Positions 36,724-46,882 of a DNA stretch of 53,579 nt are shown here, in pieces. The stretch covers positions 1-53,579 of the forward strand of contig JBHIEV010000003.1 in the NCBI GenBank assembly GCA_046760805.1. Direction: 5' to 3'. The notes under the pieces were generated by a model. That model was given only the letters and a program-made list of their open reading frames with translations, did not search any database and was not told the DNA's origin. A program made the translations under genes and the position numbers. The first letter of the stretch is position 1, and the number at the start of each line of letters is the position of its first letter. The DNA is from Candidatus Bathyarchaeia archaeon (GTDB taxonomy: Archaea; Thermoproteota; Bathyarchaeia; Bathyarchaeales; Bathyarchaeaceae).

Positions 36724-37992
36724 ATGAGCAAAACATCCGAATTCTCCGGCTTCTACAAGTTGAGCCCCAAGGAGAGAGCACGTATTGTGAAGGAATTTGC
36801 AGGTCTAACGGACCAAGAAGTCAAACTTCTCCAGTCAACTGGCTCCTTGGACCTAGAACTGGCTGATCGGATGATTGAGAATGTTGTGGGAGCAATCCCC
36901 ATACCTTTGGGAATCGCGGTAAACTTTCTGATTAACGGAAGGGACTATCTGATTCCCATGGCGATTGACGAGCCGTCTGTTGTGGCTGCAGCCAGCTACG
37001 CGGCTAAGATGGCGCGATCGAAAGGCGGGTTCTTCACAAGCAGCACAGAACCCATCATGATAGGGCAGATCCAAGCCGTGGACATAGACGATCCATATGG
37101 GGCGAAGATGGCTATCTTGGCTGCAAAGGACAAGATCATTGAGGAGGCGAACGAGCAAGATCCAATGCTCGTTTCGGTTGGTGGTGGCGCCAAGGATTTG
37201 GACGTGAAGGTTATAGAAGCAGATTCTGGACCGATGGTCATCACAGAGTTGCATGTGGACTGCAGGGATGCTATGGGTGCAAATGCCGTAAATACTATGG
37301 CGGAGGCTGTCGCCCCGCTGATTGAGAGAATAACGCAGGGCCGAGTCTACCTCAGAATAATCTCAAACCTAGCCACGAAGAGGCTTGCGCGGGCTTGGAC
37401 CATTGTGGCAAAGGAGGATGTTGGCGGAGAGGAGGTTGTAGACGGCATCGTAGAAGCGTACAACTTCGCAGCTGCAGACCCATACAGAGCCGCAACTCAC
37501 AACAAGGGCATACTTAACGGCATAATCGCAGTCGTAATAGCCACGTGTAACGATCACCGTGCTGTGGAGGCGGGAGCACACGCTTACGCAGCAAGAACAG
37601 GTAAATATAGCCCACTCACGGTTTGGGAGAAGAACAAGGACGGAGACTTAGTGGGCTCTCTTGAGTTGCCTATGGCAGTTGGCACAATAGGCGGAGCTAC
37701 AAAAGTGCACCCAATAGCCAAAATAGCGCTGAAGATTCTCGGGGTAAAAACCGCCAACGAACTGGCCGAAGTTATGACTGCTGTTGGGCTGGCTCAAAAT
37801 CTCGGCGCAATAAGGGCACTTGCACACGAAGGCATACAGAAGGGTCACATGTCACTTCACGCCAGAAACCTTGCGATTATGGCTGGGGCATCAGGAGAAC
37901 TAGTAGACTTCGTAGTTGAGAGAATGGTCAAAGAACGTAAAGTGAGGTTTGACAGAGCGAGGGAATTGATTGAAGAGTACCAAAAAAAGTGA
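36724..37992 (+). CDS. mvaA: HMG-CoA reductase, class II
   Basis: MIENVVG, DEPSVVAA, DAMGANAVN, RAATHNKG, EGIQKGHMSLH. Confidence 0.95.
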   Translation: MSKTSEFSGFYKLSPKERARIVKEFAGLTDQEVKLLQSTGSLDLELADRMIENVVGAIPIPLGIAVNFLINGRDYLIPMAIDEPSVVAAASYAAKMARSKGGFFTSSTEPIMIGQIQAVDIDDPYGAKMAILAAKDKIIEEANEQDPMLVSVGGGAKDLDVKVIEADSGPMVITELHVDCRDAMGANAVNTMAEAVAPLIERITQGRVYLRIISNLATKRLARAWTIVAKEDVGGEEVVDGIVEAYNFAAADPYRAATHNKGILNGIIAVVIATCNDHRAVEAGAHAYAARTGKYSPLTVWEKNKDGDLVGSLELPMAVGTIGGATKVHPIAKIALKILGVKTANELAEVMTAVGLAQNLGAIRALAHEGIQKGHMSLHARNLAIMAGASGELVDFVVERMVKERKVRFDRARELIEEYQKK

Positions 37993-38024
37993 GCCCTTAA
38001 CAGTCTCGTTAGGTAATCCTTAGT

Positions 38025-38912
38025 TCACTCATTTGTTCTTTGCTCCTCTTTCTCTGTCGCGGTCTCCCACGGAAGATTCTCCACTTTCAAACCCAGTCTG
38101 GATGTCAAGAGGCGAATAAGTAGAAAGGTGAGCGCCGTAATGGCTGCCCATGTCAGACCTTCAATCCCAAAAGCAACTTCAGAATTCAATTTTTTATAAT
38201 CAAACTCAAATGCGTATGCAAAGGCTTGCGTGTCTACAAGAGCATGCAGGAAAATCGGACCTGTCAATACACCGGTGCGATAAAAGAGATAGCCCAATAT
38301 ACACCCACTTACGAAGACGCCCAAGAGATGGAAAGACATCATCGAAACATCATATCTCCAAATGAATACATCTATTGGAATATGTGACAGGGCGAAGAGC
38401 AACGAAGTGAAGATTATGGAAAATCGAGGGCCAAAGTGTTCCAGCAGACGTGTTTGAAAGTATCCCCTATCTTGTATCTCTTCAGATGGACCAACAACCA
38501 AGATGAAAGTCAAAGGCATCAAGAATATTGAGATTGGGGCTAGGTTTTCAGGATTAAGGGTGAATGTTGGACTAACTCCCAACGGAACGAGGAGAATGTA
38601 TGCTAGGCAAGCATATGCAATACTCTCGAAGAGTGAAAGAAAGATTCCAAATGAAGCATTTCTGGTAAACTTCTCTCTTGACAACCCTATTGAGCACATT
38701 CTTCTTTTCTCAACATAACGAACGATCAAGAGTATTGGTAGCAACCCTAGCAAAGGTTGAAAAAGAATCTGTGTTACAAAGAACATCCCGTGATCCATAT
38801 CGCCATCACGAATGATCAAACTCACCGACCATAACCGATAGATGGTCCAAATCCCTGTTAGCAATAGAAATACCCAAAAGACCTTCAAGAGAGCTCGCTG
38901 CCTCGCACTCAA
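38025..38912 (-). CDS. CPBP (CAAX/Abi) intramembrane metalloprotease
   Basis: EEIQDRG, FALSH, HALVD; TTG start after GGAGGT. Confidence 0.88.
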   Translation of the reverse strand: MSARQRALLKVFWVFLLLTGIWTIYRLWSVSLIIRDGDMDHGMFFVTQILFQPLLGLLPILLIVRYVEKRRMCSIGLSREKFTRNASFGIFLSLFESIAYACLAYILLVPLGVSPTFTLNPENLAPISIFLMPLTFILVVGPSEEIQDRGYFQTRLLEHFGPRFSIIFTSLLFALSHIPIDVFIWRYDVSMMSFHLLGVFVSGCILGYLFYRTGVLTGPIFLHALVDTQAFAYAFEFDYKKLNSEVAFGIEGLTWAAITALTFLLIRLLTSRLGLKVENLPWETATEKEEQRTNE

Positions 38913-39065
38913 GCGATTTACCTCCAAGGTTTTGGGACTATAACCGAATTGGAAGTTTATCTTTTTCGACTCGTCCCTTAAAGTAAGGAAGAAACCCCAG
39001 CAAGTTTTCTGTGACAATAGTTATAATTCCGTCTATGGCACATTCTTCTTTAACGTGAACCCGCA

Positions 39066-39935
39066 ATGTTAGTGATACCCGGACCAGCATCCCAAGAACT
39101 AGGCCACAAGATTGCGAACATACTGAAAGCAAGGACTGTACCCATAGAGTTTAAGCGCTTCCCTGATGGAGAGTCCCGCATCCGCTTCACCGAAAGTATA
39201 GAAGGCAAGGATGTTGTAATCGTTCAGACAACCAGCCCACCCCAGAATGAAAATCTGATGCAGCTCTTCCTCATGGCGGATAATGCGAAAGACTTGAACG
39301 CCAAAAGCATCACAGCCGTCGTTCCATATTTCGCATACGCAAGACAGGACAAACGCTTCAGACAGGGAGAACCCTTCAGTGTAAAGACCATAGTAACCCT
39401 TCTTGAAGCATGCGGTGTAAGTAGAATAATTACCGTTAATTCTCACAACCCAAAGATTCTCAAGACTTTCAAGATCCGCGTCGACGACCTATCAGCCATC
39501 AGGCTCCTAGCGGAGTACTTCAGCAAGCAGGGCGTCAACGAGGCGTTCTCTTTGTCCCTTGGCAAGAAGGCGGTTGATATGGCGATGGAAGCAGACAGTA
39601 TCTTAGGAGGCGGATACGGATACATATCGACTCAGAGGGACAGGATAAGCGGAGAGGTGACGATTGAAGAGAAGACCTTGCCCGTAAAGAACCGAGATGT
39701 GGTAGTGTTTGACGACATAATCAGTAGCGGCGGAACAATGGTTAAGGCTGTTGAATGGGTTAGGAAGCAAGGTGCTCGAAGAGTCTACGCAGCATGCGTA
39801 CATCCCCTTCTCATCGGAGATGCAAAAGAGAGGATTCTAGAAGGAGGTGCCGACGGCATTATTGGAACCGACTGTGTTCCCAGCCCTTTTGGTGTGGTCT
39901 CGGTTGCTCCGTTGATTGCTGGGGCGCTAGCCTAA
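39066..39935 (+). CDS. prs: Ribose-phosphate pyrophosphokinase
   Basis: FPDGE, PYFAYARQDKRF, DDIISSGGT. Confidence 0.95.
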   Translation: MLVIPGPASQELGHKIANILKARTVPIEFKRFPDGESRIRFTESIEGKDVVIVQTTSPPQNENLMQLFLMADNAKDLNAKSITAVVPYFAYARQDKRFRQGEPFSVKTIVTLLEACGVSRIITVNSHNPKILKTFKIRVDDLSAIRLLAEYFSKQGVNEAFSLSLGKKAVDMAMEADSILGGGYGYISTQRDRISGEVTIEEKTLPVKNRDVVVFDDIISSGGTMVKAVEWVRKQGARRVYAACVHPLLIGDAKERILEGGADGIIGTDCVPSPFGVVSVAPLIAGALA

Positions 39936-39946
39936 GAGGATTAGAT

Positions 39947-40984
39947 GTGGCTAGACTCTTCTTTTTGCTCTCGGGCGAACATCCGACTCTACCCACTTCT
40001 GAGTTAAGAGCAGTTCTGGAGGCTGAGGGCTACAAGTATGGAATTCTGAAGAGCTTGGCTCAGGTTCTGCAGGTTAGAGCCAACATTGAGAGCATAGAGG
40101 CTGTCAAATCTAGGTCAGCAATGACCAAGATCTGTGGTTTGGAGATATTCAGTTGCGATGCCACTATCCCTAGCATCCTAGAAAATGCTCAGTCAACTTC
40201 TTTAGAAGGCTTTGTTGAAGAAGATGAGAGCTTCGCTGTTCGGGTGCGAAGGATAGGAGGAACCGCCTCCAACATTTCCAGATTAGGGCTTGAGCGGAGG
40301 CTTGGAAAGGTTATTCTGAACAAAGCTAAGGGTACAGAAGTAAACTTGACTGCCCCCAAAAGAACCTTTTTTGGAGTATTGACCGAGGAAAGGTTCGTCT
40401 TCGGATTGAAGATGGCAGAAATCTCCCCAAAGCCCTTCATTAGGAGGAACCCTCAGAAAAGACCTTTCTTCCACCCCTCCGCCATGCCAGCCAAACTCGC
40501 TAGGTGCATGGTCAATCTGGCTCGACCTAGGGCGGGCGATTTGGTCCTCGACCCCTTCTGCGGAACTGCGAGCATGCTTGTGGAGGCTGGGCTTATTGGG
40601 TGTCGTTTAATGGGTTTGGATGTACAGCCTCACATGGTTAGGGGAAGCCTGAAAAATCTGCTCCACTATGGACTGAAACCTGATGGGATGGTTGTCGCGG
40701 ACGCTCGTCACCTTCCAATCACGAAAACCGACTGTGTGGTCACGGACCCTCCTTATGGCAGATCCGCGACTACGTTGGGACAGACCACGCGGCAACTCGT
40801 CGAGAAAGCCCTATTATCGGTAGATGGAAGGCTTGCCAGAGGGCGGTGTATATGCATGGCGTCTCCAGAATCGATAAGGATAGGCGAGATCGGTGAGGAG
40901 CTAGGCTTTAAACACGTAGAGTCCCATTATATCTACGTGCACAGAAGCCTGACACGAGAGATAGCTGTCTTCGAGGGGACCTGA
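39947..40984 (+). CDS. trm11: tRNA (guanine10-N2) methyltransferase, THUMP + MTase
   Basis: LSGEHP, LARCMVNL, DPFCGT, TDPPYG; GTG start 39947. Confidence 0.88.
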   Translation: MARLFFLLSGEHPTLPTSELRAVLEAEGYKYGILKSLAQVLQVRANIESIEAVKSRSAMTKICGLEIFSCDATIPSILENAQSTSLEGFVEEDESFAVRVRRIGGTASNISRLGLERRLGKVILNKAKGTEVNLTAPKRTFFGVLTEERFVFGLKMAEISPKPFIRRNPQKRPFFHPSAMPAKLARCMVNLARPRAGDLVLDPFCGTASMLVEAGLIGCRLMGLDVQPHMVRGSLKNLLHYGLKPDGMVVADARHLPITKTDCVVTDPPYGRSATTLGQTTRQLVEKALLSVDGRLARGRCICMASPESIRIGEIGEELGFKHVESHYIYVHRSLTREIAVFEGT

Positions 40985-40985
40985 A

Positions 40986-41909
40986 GTGAGCATGAGTGTC
41001 ATCTTCCTAGGAACCGCCGCAAGCATCCCGACACCTCAGCGAGGCCTTCCAGCCATCGCTATTCGAAGAAAAGGAGAGCTCATTCTCTTTGACTGTGGAG
41101 AGGGGACACAACGCCAAATGATTCAAGCCAGTGTAGGTTTCCATAGGAAGACGAAGGTCTTTGTAACCCATATGCACGGAGACCACCTTCTAGGCTTGCC
41201 TGGGCTTTTCCAAACGATGTCGCTGCTCGACAGAGAGAGAAAGCTTGAGATATACGGGCCTCCTGGAATCAAAGCCTTCGTTGAGGCGATCAAGCAGACA
41301 GTTCAATTCACCCTTACCTTCCCTATAGACGTACATGAGATAGAGGATACGGGGTTGGTGTGTGAGGAGAAGGAGTACGAGGTCCACGCCATCTGGTCCG
41401 ACCATGTGATTCCAAACATCGCCTACGCACTGGTAGAGAAGCCTAGACCAGGAAGGTTCTATCCAGAGAAGGCGAAGGCACTCGGACTACCAGAGGGCCC
41501 ATTATGGTCAAGGCTTCAACGTGGCTCATCCGTGGAGCTTCCTAACGGGCGAGTTGTTAAGCCAGAGGACGTAATGGGACCCCAGCGCCCAGGAAGAAAG
41601 ATCGCCTACACAGGGGATACTAGACCAACGAAGAGTCTAGTGAAACTCGCCGAGAATGCAGACTTATTGATCCACGAGGCGACATTCGACGACGAGTTGG
41701 TAGAGAAGGCGTGTGAGGATGGGCATTCAACAGCAAGTCAGGCAGCAGAGACCGCAAAGAAGGCTAAGGCAAAAAGGCTGGTTCTGATCCATGTTAGCTC
41801 ACGATACAAGGAATCTGATCTTTTGCTTGAACAGGCGAGGAAGACTTTTCCTAACGTGGATGTGGCTGAGGACTTCATGAAGATTGATCTTCCATTGTCG
41901 GATGGTTAG
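40986..41909 (+). CDS. rnz: Ribonuclease Z
   Basis: DCGEGTQ, THMHGDH, GP exosite, YTGDT, HEAT, HST. Confidence 0.96.
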   Translation: MSMSVIFLGTAASIPTPQRGLPAIAIRRKGELILFDCGEGTQRQMIQASVGFHRKTKVFVTHMHGDHLLGLPGLFQTMSLLDRERKLEIYGPPGIKAFVEAIKQTVQFTLTFPIDVHEIEDTGLVCEEKEYEVHAIWSDHVIPNIAYALVEKPRPGRFYPEKAKALGLPEGPLWSRLQRGSSVELPNGRVVKPEDVMGPQRPGRKIAYTGDTRPTKSLVKLAENADLLIHEATFDDELVEKACEDGHSTASQAAETAKKAKAKRLVLIHVSSRYKESDLLLEQARKTFPNVDVAEDFMKIDLPLSDG

Positions 41910-42688
41910 GCGCAGAGTCTCTGCAGAGTTTGAAGGCTCTCCTTCACATGTTCGACAGACTCCAGCATGACAACCCTGTCGTATCCGACTTCCTTTATCA
42001 TCTTTGCCGTGCCCTCCCAGTCTATGTTCCCATATCCTATTCCGAGATGGGAATCATGCGTTCCGTCGTTGTCGCTGGCGTGCACGTGAATGATTTTATC
42101 AGAGAGCTGTGTGATGAACTTTTGTATTTGATTGTTCAGGTTTGCGTGGCCGATGTCGAGGGTTAACGCCACATCGTCTTCAAGCTCATCGTAGAAACGT
42201 GTGAATTCTCCGACGCTCTTCATAAGGAACGGATACGGTTCCGGAACGTTCTCAATTGCTATCTCAACATCAAATTTTCTGGCAAATCTTAACAGGGCTC
42301 TCACAGATTCCAGATTGAGTTGCCAATCTTTTCCTGGATAAAAGGAACTAACACCAGTCTTCAGGCCGGGGTGAAAGACCCATAGTTGGCAGTCAAGCTG
42401 ATGGGCATGGACAATGGATTTCTTCTGCAGTTTCAAGATTGTCTTCCGTAGATCTGGGTTTGGAGCGGCTATGTTGATGTCTGCGAAGGGTGAGTGAAGG
42501 GTTAGTTTGAGGCCTTTTGATTCAGCGACTTCCTTCAGCGCCTCTATTCGATGACTTTCGAGTCTGTGTAGTCCTTCGTCAAGAAGCTCAATGTGGCGTA
42601 CGTCAATTTTTTGCAGTCTTTTCATGAGAAATTTGAAAGGTTCACCGAGACAGAACAGCATAGACAGGCCAATTTCTACTTTAGTCAT
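41906..42688 (-). CDS. Sugar phosphate isomerase/epimerase (AP endonuclease 2 TIM barrel)
   Basis: HSPFADIN, FHPG, IENV, LDIGH, HASDN..DSHL. Confidence 0.85.
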   Translation of the reverse strand: MTKVEIGLSMLFCLGEPFKFLMKRLQKIDVRHIELLDEGLHRLESHRIEALKEVAESKGLKLTLHSPFADINIAAPNPDLRKTILKLQKKSIVHAHQLDCQLWVFHPGLKTGVSSFYPGKDWQLNLESVRALLRFARKFDVEIAIENVPEPYPFLMKSVGEFTRFYDELEDDVALTLDIGHANLNNQIQKFITQLSDKIIHVHASDNDGTHDSHLGIGYGNIDWEGTAKMIKEVGYDRVVMLESVEHVKESLQTLQRLCA

Positions 42689-42712
42689 GGACACCCCAGC
42701 CAAACCTAATTA

Positions 42713-43117
42713 CTACTTGGTCGTCCTCGGGGCCAGCCACTCGATGATTTCTCGTGGCTCATCGCAGCTAATTCTAACTCTAATCGGTCCTAGCGGTGAC
42801 TCTCCCGTGGGCTTTGAGAATGAGATGTGTCCAGCGTAGGCAACCTGCTTGTTCAAGTAGAAGGTTATCGATTTTCCACTCAATCCTTCAAATAACACGC
42901 CCCGAGCTGCATCACGAATCCTTTCTCTGCGAAGCACATTGTAGAACTTTGTAAGACCATCTCTGCCTTTAGCTTGGGCGATAAGTAGACTTCCCCGTTT
43001 TTGTGGTTTAACCTCCAGTTCCATGCTTCCAAAGATATTCTCTACAGCTCTCTTCACCTTCTCCAGATCCTCTGTGGGGTTGACATCAACCCCTATCTCA
43101 ACCTCTATCTCATTCAC
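42713..43117 (-). CDS. UPF0201/DUF54 putative RNA-binding protein
   Basis: PTEDLEKV, IRDAAR, LNKQVA, ESPLGPI, WLAP. Confidence 0.88.
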   Translation of the reverse strand: MNEIEVEIGVDVNPTEDLEKVKRAVENIFGSMELEVKPQKRGSLLIAQAKGRDGLTKFYNVLRRERIRDAARGVLFEGLSGKSITFYLNKQVAYAGHISFSKPTGESPLGPIRVRISCDEPREIIEWLAPRTTK

Positions 43118-43673
43118 CCTTTATCACATCCTCCAAAACTCTACGCACTTCCCTTCTCAGCTCAGACTTCGACCCCTCGTTTACAATCATGTGATCTGCT
43201 CTTGCTATAACACTTCCTAGACCAACGCCAAGTTCTCGTGAATCACGCTCCATAAAGGCTTCCCAGTTCTCCGGATCGTCACTTCTTCTCCTTCGAAATA
43301 AGCGTTTGAATCTCGTTTCGGGCGAGGAGTGAATGGCGATCAAAGAGAAGTTTGGAAAGTGCCTTTTGAACTCCTCTACTTCATGCAGACTTCGAATTCC
43401 ATCAACAATGACAGCTTTCGCCTTTGTATTCTTGATCTTAAGGACACAGCGTTTTGCCACCGCGGCAGGTCCCTCTTCTTCCCGGAGTTTGAGCATTAGT
43501 ATGCCGAGGTTTTCTGGCGTTGGCTTAAGTCCTCGTCTCTTAGCCTCTTCTCTTATCTCATCGCCCATCACAACCGCTGGATAGCCCATGTCCTCAACCA
43601 TCCTTCTAATTGTCGCCTTTCCAGCGCCGGGCATACCAGCCACGCCGATAACAATCTTTTCCTTCATCGCCAC
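43110..43673 (-). CDS. UPF0200 P-loop kinase (dephospho-CoA kinase-like)
   Basis: GMPGAGK, MGDEIR, VDGIRS, RRRSDD, RDSREL. Confidence 0.88.
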   Translation of the reverse strand: MAMKEKIVIGVAGMPGAGKATIRRMVEDMGYPAVVMGDEIREEAKRRGLKPTPENLGILMLKLREEEGPAAVAKRCVLKIKNTKAKAVIVDGIRSLHEVEEFKRHFPNFSLIAIHSSPETRFKRLFRRRRSDDPENWEAFMERDSRELGVGLGSVIARADHMIVNEGSKSELRREVRRVLEDVIKGE

Positions 43674-43768
43674 GCTGTTCCTCCACCCTGCAATCGGTAT
43701 CGTATAACGTTTCGGCTAAAGTTATTATAAATGGCGTGGTATTGAAGGGTTAGGCAAGAGGTGCTGGT

Positions 43769-44332
43769 ATGTCAGAGATGATTCGTAGCTTCATCGCCTT
43801 TGACATAAATAACAAGTCAGTTCTCAGAAAACTATCAGAAGCTCAAGAAAAACTCGTTAATACAGGAGCAGATTTGAAGCTGATGAATCCACAAAACATC
43901 CACATAACCATGCGGTTCCTCGGAAATATATCTCCCACCATGATTGACGCAATTCACGAAGAGATGGAAAAGGTTGCCTTCACCCCCCTGGATGTTGAAC
44001 TCAAAGGCCTAGGCGTCTTCCCAAACATGAAGTATCTCCGGGTTGTATGGGCTGGAATCCAAAAAGGAGCAGACGAGCTTAGAAGGATCTTTGAGCAGCT
44101 GGAGCCCGGCCTACGTAGGCTTGGCTTCAGACCAGACCCGAAGGGATTCAGTCCCCACCTGACCATCGCTCGGGTGAGAACAGGACGCAACAAGGCTGAA
44201 CTCATCCGATGCGTCGAAGAACTTGCAGACTACGAGTTTGGCGTCATGAGAGCAGACTGCTTGAGGCTTAAGAAGAGTGTGTTGACTCCAAAGGGGCCTA
44301 TCTACTCAACCCTAAAAGAGGTGTGCCACTAA
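43769..44332 (+). CDS. thpR: RNA 2',3'-cyclic phosphodiesterase (2H family)
   Basis: HITMRFLG and PHLTIAR HxT motifs; GPIY. Confidence 0.95.
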   Translation: MSEMIRSFIAFDINNKSVLRKLSEAQEKLVNTGADLKLMNPQNIHITMRFLGNISPTMIDAIHEEMEKVAFTPLDVELKGLGVFPNMKYLRVVWAGIQKGADELRRIFEQLEPGLRRLGFRPDPKGFSPHLTIARVRTGRNKAELIRCVEELADYEFGVMRADCLRLKKSVLTPKGPIYSTLKEVCH

Positions 44333-44366
44333 ACCCTCGTAGAATGGAATCCTCGGTGACCCTTTC

Positions 44367-45785
44367 ATGTCTCCAACCCTAGAAGAAGTCTGTGCAGAGG
44401 TCTCGAAGAGAATCACCCCGAGCAGTGAAGAGAGAAGGCGTATCCTTGAGTTGGCTGAAGGGTTGAAGGAGAAGGTGATGAAGGCGGCAGAGGAGGAGGG
44501 AATAAGGCCACGGGTTAAAGTGGAGGGCTCGGTCGCAAAGGACACATGGCTCAGTGAAGAACCAGACATCGACATCTTCATGCGCTTGCCAACAACCATT
44601 CCACGCAAAGAATTTGGAACAACATGTCTAAAAATCGCCAGAAAAGCCACAGAAGGCTTCAAACAGGTCGAGAGGTTCGCAGAGCATCCATACCTCGAGT
44701 CAAAAGTTGATAATACAAGAGTGAACATCGTCCCGTGCTATCAGGTTGAGCGAGGAGCGTGGATCAGCGCTACAGACAGAACACCCTTCCACACAGACTA
44801 CGTGAAAGCCCGCATAAACAAGGATATTTGCAGGGAAGTGAGGCTCTTGAAGAGATTCATGAAAGGCGTTGGCGTTTATGGGGCTGAGATAAAAGTTGGA
44901 GGCTTCAGCGGGTATCTCTGCGAGCTTCTCGTGCTGAACTACGGCTACTTTCCCAAAGTCTTAGAATCATTCGCAGACTGGAAAGGAAGAAGAATCATAG
45001 ATTACGAAGGCTTCTATAAGTGTAAAGAAGAAGATGTGGAAAGGATTTTTGAAGAGTCACTAGTTATCGTGGACCCTGTTGACAGAGGAAGAAACGTAGC
45101 AGCTGCAGTGAGAGAAGAGAGACTGAGTGAGTTTGTCGTCGCAGCGCGAGAGTTTTTGAAAAATCCTCACTTTAGATTCTTTTATCCGCCAGAGACCGTG
45201 TCCCTCAGCAGGAAAGAGCTTGTCAATGCGCTGGAAACTCGAGGATCAGCCATAGTCCTTGTGAAGTTTGGGAAGGTGAATGCTGTCCCAGATGTCTTGT
45301 GGGGACAGCTCTACAAATCAGAAAGATCGCTACATGGAACGATTCAACGGCACGAGTTCAATGTCATTCGCGACTCTGTCTGGAGCGATGAAGAGAACCT
45401 CAACGTGCTCATCTTTGAGCTAGAAAAACGCTCCTTGTCCCCAATAGAGAAGCATTTGGGACCACCCATTAAAAAGAGAGAGGAATGCGAAAGATTCCTG
45501 CAAAAGCATCTAGGAGCAACACACACGGTTTCTGGACCACGAGTAGAAAAAGGTCGCTGGGTAGTGGAGATAAAACGGGAATACCAAGATGTGGTCAATC
45601 TGCTGACTGAAAAGCTGAGAGACGGCGGGAGGAGCAGTGGGGTAGCCAATCTAATCTCCCAAGCCATCTCTGAAGATTTCGAGATTCTGGTGAATGAAGA
45701 TATTCAAGAACTATATTCATCCAATCCTCAATTCGCAAGATTCCTAACCGACTATCTCAAAGGAAGACCTAGATGGCTCCAGTGA
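44367..45785 (+). CDS. cca: Class I CCA-adding enzyme
   Basis: GSVAKDTWL..DIDIF, AEHPY, DRTPFH, GFSGYLCELL, DPVD..RNVAAA. Confidence 0.96.
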   Translation: MSPTLEEVCAEVSKRITPSSEERRRILELAEGLKEKVMKAAEEEGIRPRVKVEGSVAKDTWLSEEPDIDIFMRLPTTIPRKEFGTTCLKIARKATEGFKQVERFAEHPYLESKVDNTRVNIVPCYQVERGAWISATDRTPFHTDYVKARINKDICREVRLLKRFMKGVGVYGAEIKVGGFSGYLCELLVLNYGYFPKVLESFADWKGRRIIDYEGFYKCKEEDVERIFEESLVIVDPVDRGRNVAAAVREERLSEFVVAAREFLKNPHFRFFYPPETVSLSRKELVNALETRGSAIVLVKFGKVNAVPDVLWGQLYKSERSLHGTIQRHEFNVIRDSVWSDEENLNVLIFELEKRSLSPIEKHLGPPIKKREECERFLQKHLGATHTVSGPRVEKGRWVVEIKREYQDVVNLLTEKLRDGGRSSGVANLISQAISEDFEILVNEDIQELYSSNPQFARFLTDYLKGRPRWLQ

Positions 45786-45809
45786 ACGCACCCATTTTGC
45801 AAAGCTTGT

Positions 45810-46253
45810 TTATCCGAGCTCCATCTCGAGTTGAAAAGACTCTTTCACTAAGCCATGCTCTTTATACAGCTCGATTGCCGGCTTATTTTCGAATTCAGTT
45901 ACCACGTGAATTTCCAGGACTCCCTTGTCCTTCGCACTCGTTATTATCTTCTCAAGAAGCCTATTTCCAACGCCCTTTCTTCTGTGCTTAGACACAACGT
46001 AGAGGTTCTGTATGAAGCTTAGTTTCGCTCCGTGGGTAAAGTCGTGTATGATCCATTGATCGATGAAGCCGACTATCTCGTCGTCTAGCTCAGCCACTAG
46101 TAGCTCGTAATCTCGATGTTTCAGAGCTTTCGTTAGGATTTCCAGCCGTTCCTCACTCATAGCCTCTTCGGGCATGAACTCTTCAGCAAGCGTCAATAAC
46201 ATAGGAATATCCCCTTCCTCCGCTCGTCTAACTCTAAGGCTACTCAAGATCAT
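45810..46253 (-). CDS. GNAT acetyltransferase
   Basis: LYV..HRRKGVG, NKPAIELY. Confidence 0.9.
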   Translation of the reverse strand: MILSSLRVRRAEEGDIPMLLTLAEEFMPEEAMSEERLEILTKALKHRDYELLVAELDDEIVGFIDQWIIHDFTHGAKLSFIQNLYVVSKHRRKGVGNRLLEKIITSAKDKGVLEIHVVTEFENKPAIELYKEHGLVKESFQLEMELG

Positions 46254-46316
46254 CCCACTAAGCTCTTGATCTTCTATCTGCCCTCTTATGTGCGGCGCTT
46301 AGTAGTATGCCATAAA

Positions 46317-46799
46317 TCAGTTCTTTAGCACATAACCTTCTCTGTCTATCTCTTTTCTTCGGATTCTAGTGGTGGAGATTGGGATGTGATTCTCTGCGGG
46401 AACCATCTCGATAACTACTATACCTAGAGGCTGCAACCCTTTGGCCCTTCTCTTTTTGTTGATTTCGTGGGCTGTAGATTCTGTCTCTCTACTTACAACG
46501 ATGGCCTCAACACACCCCCCTGACAGAGTAACTCCATAAGGATCGTGCAAGGTAACGACCTCTGCTCTATCTGAAAACCCATGCTTCGCCAAGAATGTCT
46601 TTAAGTCGTCTAATCGCTCCTTGTAGCTTGCAACTTCATGCGGCTTCCTCAACTCTCTCGCAAACTCATCAGAGGACAGACCAATCAGAACACGCTCTCC
46701 AACCTCAAAAGCTTTCATCAACAAAGCCTGATGCCCCCTATGAAACTCATCGAAGGTCCCGCCAACAGCCACTGTCCCAAACTTTCTCATCTTCGTCAC
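46317..46799 (-). CDS. coaD: Phosphopantetheine adenylyltransferase (archaeal type)
   Basis: VGGTFDEFHRGH, DPYG, VVSRET, ISTTRIR. Confidence 0.92.
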   Translation of the reverse strand: MTKMRKFGTVAVGGTFDEFHRGHQALLMKAFEVGERVLIGLSSDEFARELRKPHEVASYKERLDDLKTFLAKHGFSDRAEVVTLHDPYGVTLSGGCVEAIVVSRETESTAHEINKKRRAKGLQPLGIVVIEMVPAENHIPISTTRIRRKEIDREGYVLKN

Positions 46800-46882
46800 T
46801 TGAAGAGCTTCAGGTTAAGCATAGTGAAGTCATTTGATTAGTTAAAGTTTCGATGCTGGTCTTTTTCTACATTGATCTCTGA

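Noticed and set aside
39066-45785. Cluster of tRNA-processing genes (trm11, rnz, thpR, cca)
   Set aside because: Well-known conserved archaeal neighbourhood, not novel
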